32,000 bases of DNA from an uncultured archaeon. GTDB taxonomy: Archaea; Asgardarchaeota; Thorarchaeia; Thorarchaeales; Thorarchaeaceae. The stretch spans positions 90,001 to 122,000 of the forward strand of contig CAZYLT010000005.1 in NCBI GenBank assembly GCA_964648855.1. The letters run 5' to 3'. The first letter of the stretch is position 1, and the number at the start of each line of letters is the position of its first letter. Under the pieces are notes generated by a model that had not been told where the DNA came from, searched no databases, and saw nothing but the letters and a program-made list of their open reading frames with translations. This document shows positions 1 through 10,215 of the stretch, one piece after another. A program made the translations under genes and the position numbers.

Positions 1-96
1 TGTCCAATGGACCTAAGTGATTCGCGTTATAAAAGATGACAGAAGTATGTTACATTAGGGGCATGCTTATTTTGTCAAGGCAAGATTCTGATATAG

Positions 97-1203
97 GTGT
101 TTCAGTTGGAGCCTCTGCTTTGGTGTGTAAAGTATCGTCCAAAAACATGGGAGCAATTCTATGACCAAGAGATGGCAATTTCACAATTGAAAAACTATGC
201 TTCGTCCAAGGTATTTCCGAATCTCATATTGTATGGACCCTCAGGCACTGGAAAAAGTGCTGCAGCGCGAGTTTTTGCTGAACAGATTTTAGAGGATACA
301 TTTCATTCAAATTACAAGAATCTCAATATTCGTGACATCAGAAATTACCCAGTTACTAAGGCAAAACGGAATATTAAGAAAATAGCAAAACTGAGTCGAG
401 ATCAGAGAAGCGAACTTGATGAGTATATGTCCATCGTTTTTAGGGAAGCCAAAGCTGCACGAAAGCTAAGAGGCGAGTCAGGCAATCCCAACCGAAGCCA
501 ACTACTGCATGAAGCCATCTGTCTTTTTGCTTCGACAATAACCGTCAGTGATGAGCTTGTGAAGATTCTGGTGCTTGATGAAGCAGATGCGCTAGATAAC
601 AATATGCAACAAGCCCTAAGACGAACCATGGAGATATATTCAGATGCCACACGATTCATTTTCATTACCCCCTCCCTTTCTGGCTGGAATCCAGCTATTG
701 TATCCCGATGCTTAGTGGTTAAATTCAGGTCAGGTTCAATTGAGGTATTGCGCGACTTAGTCCGGGATATCGCAAAGAAGGAGAATGTCGAGGTCGATGA
801 ATCTGGAGTAAATGCGATAGCTCGCGAGGCCAAAGGGGATTTCAGGAGAGCCATAAACTTGCTTCAGGTATCTGCTTCAGTGGGGCGGCGTGTCAATGAA
901 GATATTGTGTATGAATATTCAGAAACCCTACTTGATTCAGAGATTCGAGAAATAGTATCTTTGTCACTTGCTGGTAAGTTCACAAAAGCGCGCAAAAAGC
1001 TTCGATCTCTTCTCGCACTTGAAGGGTACAGCCCACAAAAAGTGATTCTCGCCATTCAAGCAGAAGTGGTGAATCGGCCATTTGAAAATGAGGTCGTCTC
1101 TAAAGCTCTGAAACAAATTGCAGAAATCGACTTCAGAATGACTCAAGCTAGGAATCCCTTTATTCAACTGGAAGCACTACTTGCTTCATTTGGCAATCTA
1201 TAG
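97..1203 (+). CDS. rfcS: Replication factor C small subunit-like AAA+ clamp loader, with a basic insertion
   Basis: N-terminal W..KYRP box, Walker A GPSGTGKS, Walker B LDEADAL, QQALRRTME, SRC motif, GDFRRAINLLQ, C-terminal IQLEALLA collar helix. Confidence 0.9.
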   Translation: MFQLEPLLWCVKYRPKTWEQFYDQEMAISQLKNYASSKVFPNLILYGPSGTGKSAAARVFAEQILEDTFHSNYKNLNIRDIRNYPVTKAKRNIKKIAKLSRDQRSELDEYMSIVFREAKAARKLRGESGNPNRSQLLHEAICLFASTITVSDELVKILVLDEADALDNNMQQALRRTMEIYSDATRFIFITPSLSGWNPAIVSRCLVVKFRSGSIEVLRDLVRDIAKKENVEVDESGVNAIAREAKGDFRRAINLLQVSASVGRRVNEDIVYEYSETLLDSEIREIVSLSLAGKFTKARKKLRSLLALEGYSPQKVILAIQAEVVNRPFENEVVSKALKQIAEIDFRMTQARNPFIQLEALLASFGNL

Positions 1204-1217
1204 TCTAGTCGGACAGA

Positions 1218-1526
1218 CTAGCGCAGAGGTTCTATTGACCGATCTACACTAATCTCTCGCTTGAAGACGTGAACTTGGTTAGGCGAAAGGTCTTGCTGGT
1301 CAAATAGGAAAGTGGACCTGATCTGTTTCCCGCTTTTTTCTATCATACCTTTGGACAACGCGATTGTTAACATCCTTCTCACTACGGATGGTCTTGCATA
1401 CCGGCACCTAAACGATAGGAACTCCACAGCATCTTCTATATCCATAGCACTTCCTCTCTTTCTAAAGAGATGTGTCAAGATTAGGAGTAGATGACGTCCA
1501 TTCATACGCGGCTTGCGTATAGTCAT
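1218..1526 (-). CDS. DUF2240-like small archaeal protein (winged-helix-like)
   Basis: LFRKRG..M....VEFLS...Y..P....RML..A...G.I pattern resembles my recollection of the DUF2240 N-terminus; fills the gap between convergent and divergent neighbours. Confidence 0.55.
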   Translation of the reverse strand: MTIRKPRMNGRHLLLILTHLFRKRGSAMDIEDAVEFLSFRCRYARPSVVRRMLTIALSKGMIEKSGKQIRSTFLFDQQDLSPNQVHVFKREISVDRSIEPLR

Positions 1527-1564
1527 CCTTTAAGTAGTTTAAGCAAAACCATCCTTCGAAGGCC

Positions 1565-2533
1565 ATGAGACGCGGTCCGAAGCATGTACACGGGCATTCC
1601 ATTACCCGCCTTAATCATCTGCTTCAGGTGCAGCTGGATGAAGTAAGTGATATTACTCTGACAGGTGCTGCACTCGGAGGTTGGTCCAATCTTAACCTCT
1701 TGGCGCGCAAAAACGAAGACATGTTTGTCGTCAAGTTCCCGCCGCTTCACATAACATATTCAGAGAATCCGTACAATTACCAGTACCAAATTCTGAATGA
1801 ACTGGAGCCTCTCAAAATTGGACCTAAACCAATCCAAATAGGGCGATTAGCGGACTCCAGAAATACGCCTTTTCTGATACTCAAATACATGCAGGGTGAA
1901 CTCATTAACTCTCTTGACCAGCTTAATGAGAAGAAAGCCAAAATTCTGGACGAAACTCTGTTGCTTCTCAATGACTCGACACTGAAACCCCTGAAAGCAT
2001 TTCGTAGTCCCGATGCTTACCTAGCGAGAAAAATCGAGGATGGTGAGTCGGCAAAATCACTACTGAAAAATGCTTCTCCGGAACTGGAACAGCTTGTTGC
2101 CGACGTGTCTTCTTTGGAACCACGAGTCAAGAAGACTGTTTCATCAGTTAATTGGGCCCGACTTCCGATGCATGGAGATCTCCAAGAGAGCAATGTCATC
2201 TTCAGGGGAGAACGAGCATTTCTTCTCGATTTTGAAGAATGTTGTGAAGGTGATCTCTCATATGACATATGCTACTTGTATCTTCAGAATCCCGGCGATT
2301 CCCCTGACAATCTTCTCGAAAAACCGAAGCCCAGGCGAGTATCAATGGATGACATATTTGCGATGGTTCCTCTAGTCTTGACCGTTCTCATCGCGTGGAG
2401 TGTAGAACGGCTATGTTATTCAGAAATGGACCTGATTTCTCCTTGGCTAACGAGTCCCAAAGCATATACAGGAGTCATAGAATACACTAGAGGAAAGGTT
2501 ACTATGCTTGAGCAATATTTGGACGACTTATGA
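1565..2533 (+). CDS. APH/choline kinase-like phosphotransferase
   Basis: VVK lysine, Brenner motif HGDLQESNV, LLDFE metal-binding motif, downstream YDIC. Confidence 0.85.
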   Translation: MRRGPKHVHGHSITRLNHLLQVQLDEVSDITLTGAALGGWSNLNLLARKNEDMFVVKFPPLHITYSENPYNYQYQILNELEPLKIGPKPIQIGRLADSRNTPFLILKYMQGELINSLDQLNEKKAKILDETLLLLNDSTLKPLKAFRSPDAYLARKIEDGESAKSLLKNASPELEQLVADVSSLEPRVKKTVSSVNWARLPMHGDLQESNVIFRGERAFLLDFEECCEGDLSYDICYLYLQNPGDSPDNLLEKPKPRRVSMDDIFAMVPLVLTVLIAWSVERLCYSEMDLISPWLTSPKAYTGVIEYTRGKVTMLEQYLDDL

Positions 2534-2789
2534 AAACAGCCCTCTCGCCAAGGCCTAGTTTCTCACTAATTTCTTGCTGCTTATCTCTGATTTCTTGGCT
2601 TTCAACAATCAATTTCAAGAGGTCTTTTTGATAAGCTTCTTTTGAAATCCATCCATTGTCCAACTTTTCGTCGAGGTCGAACCTCCTCTTACCAATCTCA
2701 TTGAAGACCTTGCCTAGTGCTTCGTATCTGATTTTGAGGAGAGTCGAACTTGTATTAGAGCTGTCCTCCCGTCTATGTAGCTCATTCAA
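2502..2789 (-). CDS. Hypothetical small helical/coiled-coil protein
   Basis: 95-aa ORF with charged helical composition; AT-rich TATA-like tract upstream; short convergent overlap with the kinase gene. Confidence 0.55.
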   Translation of the reverse strand: MNELHRREDSSNTSSTLLKIRYEALGKVFNEIGKRRFDLDEKLDNGWISKEAYQKDLLKLIVESQEIRDKQQEISEKLGLGERAVFISRPNIAQA

Positions 2790-2826
2790 TCTATGAACGC
2801 TCCGATATAATGATAGGTATGGGCTG

Positions 2827-2853
2827 TTGCTATTATTATATAATATAAAGCAA
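2827..2853. promoter_or_regulatory. AT-rich palindrome in a divergent intergenic region (TATA or regulator site)
   Basis: Perfect 12-bp palindrome TATTATATAATA (2834-2845) flanked by TTGCT and AGCAA. Confidence 0.35.
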
Positions 2854-3091
2854 TTATGTGTGCGGTCAGTTGCTACGCGCCATCCTAATCTTCTGCAATA
2901 GAAAACCCAGTGTTGAGAGAGCTGAACCGCACTCTAGACATCAAGGATTGACTGAAATGCCTGAGCATATAATCAACGCGCAGTGTAAGTAGCTTCGAAA
3001 CCTTGACTTGACTATCTGGTCCCGTCTGACATCTAGAATCGTTTAGAGAATGTTATAACGCTGCAAATACATACGAAACTATTGAGGCAAA

Positions 3092-4405
3092 ATGGAAATT
3101 ATCGTAGACGGCAAAAAACTGCTAAGATATCTTCTCCTGTTCTTGTGCTACTTGTGGTTGAGTATTCTTAGTTTAGTCACGATACTCTACTTGTTCTTGG
3201 AGTCCTCCACATTTGGATGGCTAGTTGCCATGTTCTATCCTAGTGTTGCACCATTGCTTTTCATATTGGTTGCTGGAAGTGGATTCATCATCATCCGTTT
3301 TTCATTCATGAAGAAAATGAGGGAGACAGTTCTCGTATTTTCAGTATGTACATTCATCTTCATTGGAATGATTCTACCTTATACAGCAATTCCAGTGGGC
3401 ATATCTGATGCAGAGTCACAGATGCGGGAATTATACGGATCACTCTATGACGATTTAGATACATCGGATATGAAACGAGTCCCATATTCTCTCTATGATG
3501 ATATCTACGGCATCTCCATCGACCAAACAACATACTCAGTTCAGTATGATATCCCATACCTGGATAACGGAGATGATACTCTCATGTTTGATTGGTATTG
3601 TCCCGTTGGAGAAGGACCATTCCCAGTCATCATATCAATTCACGGTGGAGCATGGGTCATCGGAAATAAGGGTCGATGGAATATCCCCCTCTTCAATCAC
3701 TATTTCGCTTCAAAAGGATATGTTATCTTTGATATCCAGTATGGCCTCTTTGACCCTAGTAGCTTGCCAGAGGGGCAACAGGCTGATTTTTCCACATTTG
3801 CCAATCTTGACTTCGGGCTTTCTCCTAACTACAACAGGAGTTATACGATCCAAGACCAAATCGAAAACGTGGGTTACTTCACAAAAGCCTTGGAGTTGAA
3901 TAGTTCCAAATACAAAGCAGATATCGATCATATCTTTGTGGCGGGTCGGTCAGCAGGAGGCCAGCTGGCTTCATTAGTCACATTGGGATACAAAAATCCG
4001 TTATATGCCGGCACTTTTTCTACAGCAATGAAAGTTGATGGTGGACTCTGGTTTTATCCTGTTACCAATATGTCAAGAGGTACATCAGGGTTCTTTGATG
4101 TGCTAGTTGAGGGTGATTTGCCGATTGAAGAGCAATACCAGAAATTATTCGCTGCCAATCTAGTATCAAACAGTACTGATGTGCCACCAATAATGATTCT
4201 ACATGGCAGCAAGGATGGATTAGCAGACTATCAAACCCAAGGATTGAACTTTTACAATTATGCAGTGAGTCTCGGTAGAAAGTGCATTCTTGTTACGATT
4301 CCCTTGGGAGGTCACGCATTTGACTATGACTTCACCGGTTTTGGTGGACAAATTTCAACATATTATGCAGAACGATTCATGGCACTAGAACTTCTGGAGG
4401 GGTGA
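3092..4405 (+). CDS. Membrane-anchored alpha/beta hydrolase (HSL-like esterase/lipase)
   Basis: About 3 N-terminal TM helices; HGGAW oxyanion motif, GRSAGG nucleophile elbow, HGSKD and GGHAF catalytic Asp/His. Confidence 0.88.
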   Translation: MEIIVDGKKLLRYLLLFLCYLWLSILSLVTILYLFLESSTFGWLVAMFYPSVAPLLFILVAGSGFIIIRFSFMKKMRETVLVFSVCTFIFIGMILPYTAIPVGISDAESQMRELYGSLYDDLDTSDMKRVPYSLYDDIYGISIDQTTYSVQYDIPYLDNGDDTLMFDWYCPVGEGPFPVIISIHGGAWVIGNKGRWNIPLFNHYFASKGYVIFDIQYGLFDPSSLPEGQQADFSTFANLDFGLSPNYNRSYTIQDQIENVGYFTKALELNSSKYKADIDHIFVAGRSAGGQLASLVTLGYKNPLYAGTFSTAMKVDGGLWFYPVTNMSRGTSGFFDVLVEGDLPIEEQYQKLFAANLVSNSTDVPPIMILHGSKDGLADYQTQGLNFYNYAVSLGRKCILVTIPLGGHAFDYDFTGFGGQISTYYAERFMALELLEG

Positions 4406-4872
4406 TTTCAATGAATCCTTATCACCTATCTAAAAACAGCCGATTCCTACGAAGTTACTCCATCTTGACATGTTTTGCTTTGGCAATATGCATACTGTCT
4501 TCTGTGATCAGTGTCACTGGAAATGTGATGTTTCAAACCATTTCTTCTATTTTATTTTTAGTTGGTCTAGTGATGCTTTTTGGAGAATCGGTTTACGTAA
4601 TTGCTTATGTGGACAAAAGAAGTACAATGGGCTGGATCTTGCATCGAATGGCATACTCCATTCTATTTCTGATGAGTCTAGCTGGCGCTTTCATTACCCT
4701 TGGAACGTATATTTCATCATTTTACCTTCTGGGAAATGACACCTTGAAGGCTACTAGCCTGATTTCATCGATAAGCATCACAACCGTGTTTTCTTTTGGT
4801 ATATGTCTATCATCCATCTCCTACCATTCGGTCAAAATGCAAGACGTATGGCAATTAGGTGTTGTATCCTAA
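4402..4872 (+). CDS. Hypothetical 4-TM membrane protein
   Basis: Four hydrophobic segments; GTGA start/stop overlap with the hydrolase gene. Confidence 0.7.
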   Translation: MISMNPYHLSKNSRFLRSYSILTCFALAICILSSVISVTGNVMFQTISSILFLVGLVMLFGESVYVIAYVDKRSTMGWILHRMAYSILFLMSLAGAFITLGTYISSFYLLGNDTLKATSLISSISITTVFSFGICLSSISYHSVKMQDVWQLGVVS

Positions 4873-4899
4873 ATCTGCCCCCGATAGATTGATTTGTGA

Positions 4900-5754
4900 G
4901 TGAACAGATGTAGGTCGTTGGTCATTGCTTTGAATTTGGAAGATATGCTCAGAAAGGGGCGAGAACACTACCCAAGTAATATCGAAGATCTGGATTCTGA
5001 GGTGCCGAATGGTTTTCCGAAAAACGCTTTTGGTGTTATCCGTGGTACGGGTGGTGGAGGAAAGTCTGCACTGCTAAATGAGATGGCTATCCGAATGATG
5101 GAATCTGGAAGGAAAGTTGTATTTGTTTGCCTTGAAGATACACCCGTTGCAATCCTTCAGAATTTATCATCACTGGGTTGGGATTATGAAAAATTGCTTA
5201 ATGAAGAAACGATACACCTGATAGACTGCTTCTCAAGTCACATTCTGAGAAGAATGACCAAATACGATTTAACAACAGTGGTAAGAAATCCTTCTGACCC
5301 AGATGAAATAAGCGATGCTCTCCATACCGTAGTACGAGATGAAACACAAAACGAAATTGGGGGTATATATATGGATAGCATAACCGAGCTATTCTTTCAG
5401 TCTCATCCCTTCAAGGCCGTAAATGCTTTGAAGGCATGGCGAGCTACCTTCTGCAAGGACCAAGTTATCCCTGTTTGGGCCACGTATCACACCGGTCTTC
5501 AGCAATTTGCCACCTATGACGATATGCTGACTTATTCCAGTGATATCATAATTGACACTCGACATGAACCTGTGTTTCAGGATGCCGGACTGCTTCTAAA
5601 GCAATTCAGGGTGACCAAAGTAAAAGGAGCTCCTCATAATCCAATGTGGACCACTTTCGAAGTTAGTTCTGATGGGTTAAGACGCCTGGGTATAGATGAG
5701 ATTCGAGAGCTTGCCAAGGGCATAACTAGATTTGATGCTGGAAGCTCATCATAG
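4900..5754 (+). CDS. RAD55/KaiC/GvpD-family RecA-like ATPase (single domain)
   Basis: GFP upstream motif, Walker A GTGGGGKS, CLED catalytic Glu, IDCFS, Walker B YMDS, C-terminal KVKG; true start may be slightly downstream (e.g. ATG at 4945). Confidence 0.88.
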   Translation: MNRCRSLVIALNLEDMLRKGREHYPSNIEDLDSEVPNGFPKNAFGVIRGTGGGGKSALLNEMAIRMMESGRKVVFVCLEDTPVAILQNLSSLGWDYEKLLNEETIHLIDCFSSHILRRMTKYDLTTVVRNPSDPDEISDALHTVVRDETQNEIGGIYMDSITELFFQSHPFKAVNALKAWRATFCKDQVIPVWATYHTGLQQFATYDDMLTYSSDIIIDTRHEPVFQDAGLLLKQFRVTKVKGAPHNPMWTTFEVSSDGLRRLGIDEIRELAKGITRFDAGSSS

Positions 5755-5760
5755 TATACT

Positions 5761-7467
5761 CTATTCAAAGAACTGCTCAGGCGGCTTTTCCCAAATGTAT
5801 TCGTCTTCCGATGCAATTACGTATTGGTAACCCTGCTCAGTTAGGAAGAGCTGTCTCTTCGCTGCGAATTCCATATCTCTGGTGTCTTTTGTTACAATGG
5901 AGTAGAATCTTGCATAGCTGCCGTCCGACTTGGGTCTCAGAAGCCGACCCAAACGCTGCGCCTCTTCCTGTCTGGAACCAAAAGTTCCAGAAACCTGTAT
6001 TGCAACGTTAGCATCTGGTAGGTCGATAGCGAAGTTTGCCACCTTTGAAACAACCAGCACTTTTTCTCTTCCCTCACCAAATGCCTTGTAGAGCCTCTGT
6101 CTGTCTTCGTTGCTGGTCTTCCCCATTATCAGTGGTACATCCAGTTCATTTGCGATGGCTTTTAGCTGCCGGATATACATCCCTATAACCAGGATGTTGT
6201 CTCCTTCGTGATAGTTGACTATCTGCTTGATAATATCAATTTTCTTGGGATTCTCAGCGGCAATACGATATTTCCTTCGATCTTCTGTAACGGCATATTT
6301 TCTTCTCAGCTTGTCCGGCAGTTCAATACGAATTTCATAGCATACTGCAGTGGCTATCCATCCCTTGTTCTCGAGCATCTTCCAAGGCATGTCGAACCGT
6401 TTTGGACCAATAAGGCTGAATACCTCTTCCTCTCTCTCGTCCTCTCGAACCAAAGTTGCAGTCAGTCCAAGGCGACGTGTAGCCTGTAAATTCGCTGTGA
6501 CACGAAAGACGGGGGCTGGCAAGAGATGCACCTCGTCATATATTGTCAATCCCCAGCCCCTGGCATTGAAGAGCTCAAAGTGTTCAAAATCATGCTCTCT
6601 GGATTTTCGGAAAGTCAATATTTGATAGGTGGCAACAGTTACCGGACGAATCTCCTTCCGGTCGCCAGTATATTCTCCCACATCATCTTCTGTTAATGTA
6701 GTTTTGTCTAGTAACTCAGCAATCCATTGTCGAACCGCAACAGTATTTGGACATAGAATAATAGTTGAGGTTTGTAGTTTGTGCATGGCACCTATTCCAA
6801 CCATCGTCTTTCCAGCGCCGCAAGGCAACACGACAACACCGGAGCCGCCCTTTACTCCGCCTCCGGCGTAGAAAGTATCAACTGCGTCCTGTTGGTAATC
6901 TCGAAGACCAAACTCATGTCCGCTCAGTGTTTCCTCTCGCAAATCGAAGTGTAAAGGCTCTCCTTCGACATAACCCGCAAGATCTTCAACAGGGTGACCT
7001 ATCTCAATCAGTGCTTGTTTCAAGAACCCTCTTTTAGCAGGATCAACCAAGAATGTTCTTCTATCAACAGGTTCAATGATATGTTCTCTTACACCCTTAC
7101 TCTGCCAAATCTCAATCGCCAGTTCTTCGTCAGCCGCTACAAGGACCATGTCGTCGCCAATTTTCTCAAGGGTTAGCTGACCGTATCTTCCCATATATTC
7201 AATTACATCTTTCGAGATGTTGCTGGGAATGGGATACTTGGCAAACTCTTGTAGTGCATCAACAACTTCTCTTGCTGACATACCCATTGCTGCAGCATTC
7301 CACAGCGAGAGTGGCGTTATTCTGTATGTATGAACGTACTCGGGAGACTTCACCAATTCTGCGAATCTGGCAAGAGAATCTCTTGCATCTTCGTATTTTG
7401 GATTGTCCACTTCAAGCAATACTGACTTATCGGATTGAACGATGAGGGGATTCATTGGGTTAGGCAA
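5761..7467 (-). CDS. xpb: XPB/Ssl2/Rad25-family SF2 DNA helicase with the conserved N-terminal domain
   Basis: PLIVQSD..LLEV and FAEL.KSPE..HTYRITPLSLWNA N-domain; LPCGAGKT, DEVH, GLTATLVRED (RED motif), GSRQEEAQRLGRLLR. Confidence 0.93.
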   Translation of the reverse strand: MPNPMNPLIVQSDKSVLLEVDNPKYEDARDSLARFAELVKSPEYVHTYRITPLSLWNAAAMGMSAREVVDALQEFAKYPIPSNISKDVIEYMGRYGQLTLEKIGDDMVLVAADEELAIEIWQSKGVREHIIEPVDRRTFLVDPAKRGFLKQALIEIGHPVEDLAGYVEGEPLHFDLREETLSGHEFGLRDYQQDAVDTFYAGGGVKGGSGVVVLPCGAGKTMVGIGAMHKLQTSTIILCPNTVAVRQWIAELLDKTTLTEDDVGEYTGDRKEIRPVTVATYQILTFRKSREHDFEHFELFNARGWGLTIYDEVHLLPAPVFRVTANLQATRRLGLTATLVREDEREEEVFSLIGPKRFDMPWKMLENKGWIATAVCYEIRIELPDKLRRKYAVTEDRRKYRIAAENPKKIDIIKQIVNYHEGDNILVIGMYIRQLKAIANELDVPLIMGKTSNEDRQRLYKAFGEGREKVLVVSKVANFAIDLPDANVAIQVSGTFGSRQEEAQRLGRLLRPKSDGSYARFYSIVTKDTRDMEFAAKRQLFLTEQGYQYVIASEDEYIWEKPPEQFFE

Positions 7468-7633
7468 TTGTGGTTCCTCTGTTTGTCGCTATTCGCCTTC
7501 AAATTGAAGTGTTACATTTTGTGTTAACAAAACGGGAAAAAACAAATTCTTGGAGTGATAAATGCTTGCTTATGTATGTCAGTACAGCGATGTATATTAG
7601 AGGCGTCCAATCTTCAGATGCTTGAAATAGTCC

Positions 7634-9064
7634 ATGAATTCTGAGCTCATGCTGTCAAGGACAGAAAAACTCTACAAAAATCCTAAAGTCATGATTCTCG
7701 CTCTGAATGCCATGCTGGTCATGCTCGGATTTGGTTTAGTCGCGCCTTCGCTCTCATTCTATCTGATTGCATTAGAGGGTGGACTCACGCAGCCCCCTGG
7801 CCCCGGATACACAGTCCCAAATGACGTTGTAGCACAATACTCCGTCATTTTTGGTGTCATGATGGCTGCCTTCATGGCTACTCGAACGGTGCTTGCTAGG
7901 TTCTGGGGAGGTATCTCAGATAACCATGGGCGAAAACCACTACTTGTGATAGGATTAGTAGGATATGTACTTCTTCTGCTTGCATTTGGCGCTGCTCAGA
8001 ACTGGATTCATCTTCTATTGATTCGTGCAGGTCAAGGAGTAGTATCGGCTATGGTTTGGCCAGTCGCGCAAGCTGCTTTGATGGATATCGTTGGACCTAC
8101 GGCACGTGGAGAAGGGATGGGCATCTACATGCTGGTTTCAAATCTTGGATGGATTATAGGCCCTGGAGTGGGAGGTTTCCTTTACAATTTCAGTAGAGAT
8201 GCATTACAGCTCCCTGTTCCTGATGTCTTCAGAATGCCATACTATATTGCCGCCGCAATCGTGCTACCCTCTATTTTTCTCACTCTCATCATACTAGATG
8301 AAACTGCACCGGGAAAAGTGGACAGACCTGAAACTGAAATCATAATTGATGGTGGCCCCTCACTTATCGAAATTCCAGCTGAACCGCTAGAAGTATCAGA
8401 AGATGGGATGAATGCGAAAACTAGGCGCTCAGTAAATGTCCTATACATTATGCATGTGATGGATGGGATTGCAATGGGTTTGGGCCAACCTCTTTTTCAG
8501 TTGTATCTGATGAGCAGAATCACCAGTGATATTGGGCTGATAGGCCTCATCATCTCCGGCGCAGGGGCTGTTGGAATGTTCTTTTCAATTCCCTCAGGAA
8601 GGTATGCTGACATTCACGGACGAAAGGGACTTGCTGTATGGGGTGCAATTGGATCTAGAGTGAGTCTAGGGGCGTTGCCCTTCGCTTCTACAATCCCCCA
8701 AACCTCGGGAATATGGGTTTCTCAAAGTGCGGGGCTTGCGGTATCTCAACCTGCAATGAGGGCACTCAAGGCTGATATTGTCCCTTGGCATCTTCGAGGA
8801 AAGTTATTTGGAACATTTCAAGCCTTTTTCAATGCTGGAGCCACACTTGGTCCGTTACTGGGCGGTGCTCTTTTTGCATACTTCTCTCTCCTGACCTTTC
8901 AACTGGGTCCTATATCCATAGGGGGTGTGGTGATTCCATTTTGGATTGCTGCCCTGTCGGGAATCATTGGTGCTCTACTCATCTGGTTTTTTGTGGAGGA
9001 AACCCATCGACCTGAGATTATAGAATCAGACGGCGAAGACGAAGTGATTCTTGATGCCACCTAG
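7634..9064 (+). CDS. MFS transporter (DHA1-like)
   Basis: About 12 TM segments; motif A GGISDNHGRK repeated as GRYADIHGRK; R..QG; central hydrophilic loop. Confidence 0.92.
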   Translation: MNSELMLSRTEKLYKNPKVMILALNAMLVMLGFGLVAPSLSFYLIALEGGLTQPPGPGYTVPNDVVAQYSVIFGVMMAAFMATRTVLARFWGGISDNHGRKPLLVIGLVGYVLLLLAFGAAQNWIHLLLIRAGQGVVSAMVWPVAQAALMDIVGPTARGEGMGIYMLVSNLGWIIGPGVGGFLYNFSRDALQLPVPDVFRMPYYIAAAIVLPSIFLTLIILDETAPGKVDRPETEIIIDGGPSLIEIPAEPLEVSEDGMNAKTRRSVNVLYIMHVMDGIAMGLGQPLFQLYLMSRITSDIGLIGLIISGAGAVGMFFSIPSGRYADIHGRKGLAVWGAIGSRVSLGALPFASTIPQTSGIWVSQSAGLAVSQPAMRALKADIVPWHLRGKLFGTFQAFFNAGATLGPLLGGALFAYFSLLTFQLGPISIGGVVIPFWIAALSGIIGALLIWFFVEETHRPEIIESDGEDEVILDAT

Positions 9065-9336
9065 CATTTTTTGGCGCTGACCGATTTCCTTATATTTGGT
9101 CTTCGAGGTTCCGATGTTTAATGGCTTTGTAGATTATACAAGGAGGTGCAGACAAATAATGATGGTAAACAAATCTATCAACAAGGAAGGTTGGAATCAG
9201 ATAGTGTCTGCACAAGTGCCATAGGATTCACGAATACTCCTCCGCTTTTTGTGACTGATTTCATTTTACACGCCTGGATTCTCTATTGCATCAAGCAATG
9301 GTTTCTGTGCCTGACACCTGATTTTGAATTGCAATT

Positions 9337-10215
9337 GTGATATTGAACATTAGGCGTGTAGAAACTCAACAAGAGAGAACTAAGTTGACACCAGTAGAAA
9401 AATTCAATCCATTGAAGAACAGCGCAGCATCTCGAAAGATCAAAAGCGCAAAGGGTGGCAAACGTCGTGCTGAAATAGAGGAGATTACATTTGAAACCGT
9501 GAAGCAAGATGCTATCAGGATGGGGCTTGCAACTGATGTTCTATACCAGATGAGTGCTGGAAAGGAGGCATCCATCTTTCTGGCCGTTTGGAAAGATCAT
9601 CCCATAGTCTTGAAGGCATACCGGATATGGCATTCCTCGCATGCCATGTCTAAGTCTAGTGGATTTCAGACACAGGCATCCAGCAAACGGACATATTCTG
9701 CACTTCATATGGTAGAGAATTTCGCAGTAGTGGAATTTGACCTGCTGATGCGCTGTTTCCGAGCTGGAATGCGAGTACCCACTCCCATAGGACGTGTTTG
9801 CAACTACCTTACAATGCGGCTTATCGGGGATAATTCGGTTCCTGCTCCACAGCTAAAGGATGTATCCTTGGACAATCCTGACTTAGCACTGGATCAGATA
9901 CTAGATGACTATCTTGTCATGTATAGGGATGTTCACTATGTACATGGTGACCTGAGTGAGTACAATATCCTCTGGTGGGAGAATCAACCTTGGATAATAG
10001 ACGTGCCTCAAGCTTACAAGGTGGGAGTTCACTCCGACATGCTACGGGCAGAGAAGCTACTCAGAAGGGATATCCAGAACATTCTGGCTCATTTCAAATC
10101 ATACGGAATTCGAAGAAACATCGATGAGATATTGGATGTATTCCTCAGTGCGTACATACCTGCGAACCAGAAATACTACCGAGAATTAGTAACTGAAGGT
10201 GGTGAATTATTGTGA
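9337..10215 (+). CDS. RIO1-family Ser/Thr kinase
   Basis: P-loop SAGKEA, VLKAYR, VPTP, catalytic loop VHGDLSEYNIL, IIDVPQA, LLRRDI.N. Confidence 0.92.
   Translation: MILNIRRVETQQERTKLTPVEKFNPLKNSAASRKIKSAKGGKRRAEIEEITFETVKQDAIRMGLATDVLYQMSAGKEASIFLAVWKDHPIVLKAYRIWHSSHAMSKSSGFQTQASSKRTYSALHMVENFAVVEFDLLMRCFRAGMRVPTPIGRVCNYLTMRLIGDNSVPAPQLKDVSLDNPDLALDQILDDYLVMYRDVHYVHGDLSEYNILWWENQPWIIDVPQAYKVGVHSDMLRAEKLLRRDIQNILAHFKSYGIRRNIDEILDVFLSAYIPANQKYYRELVTEGGELL

Noticed and set aside
322-534. Intein in the RFC small subunit
   Set aside because: No N-terminal Cys/Ser block or C-terminal His-Asn motif, and too short.
1565-2533. Aminoglycoside resistance gene
   Set aside because: Only general APH/choline kinase fold motifs are present, with no mobile context, and the substrate cannot be inferred.
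4900-5754. Circadian clock KaiC
   Set aside because: Single domain with no kaiA or kaiB; such RAD55/KaiC ATPases are common in archaea.
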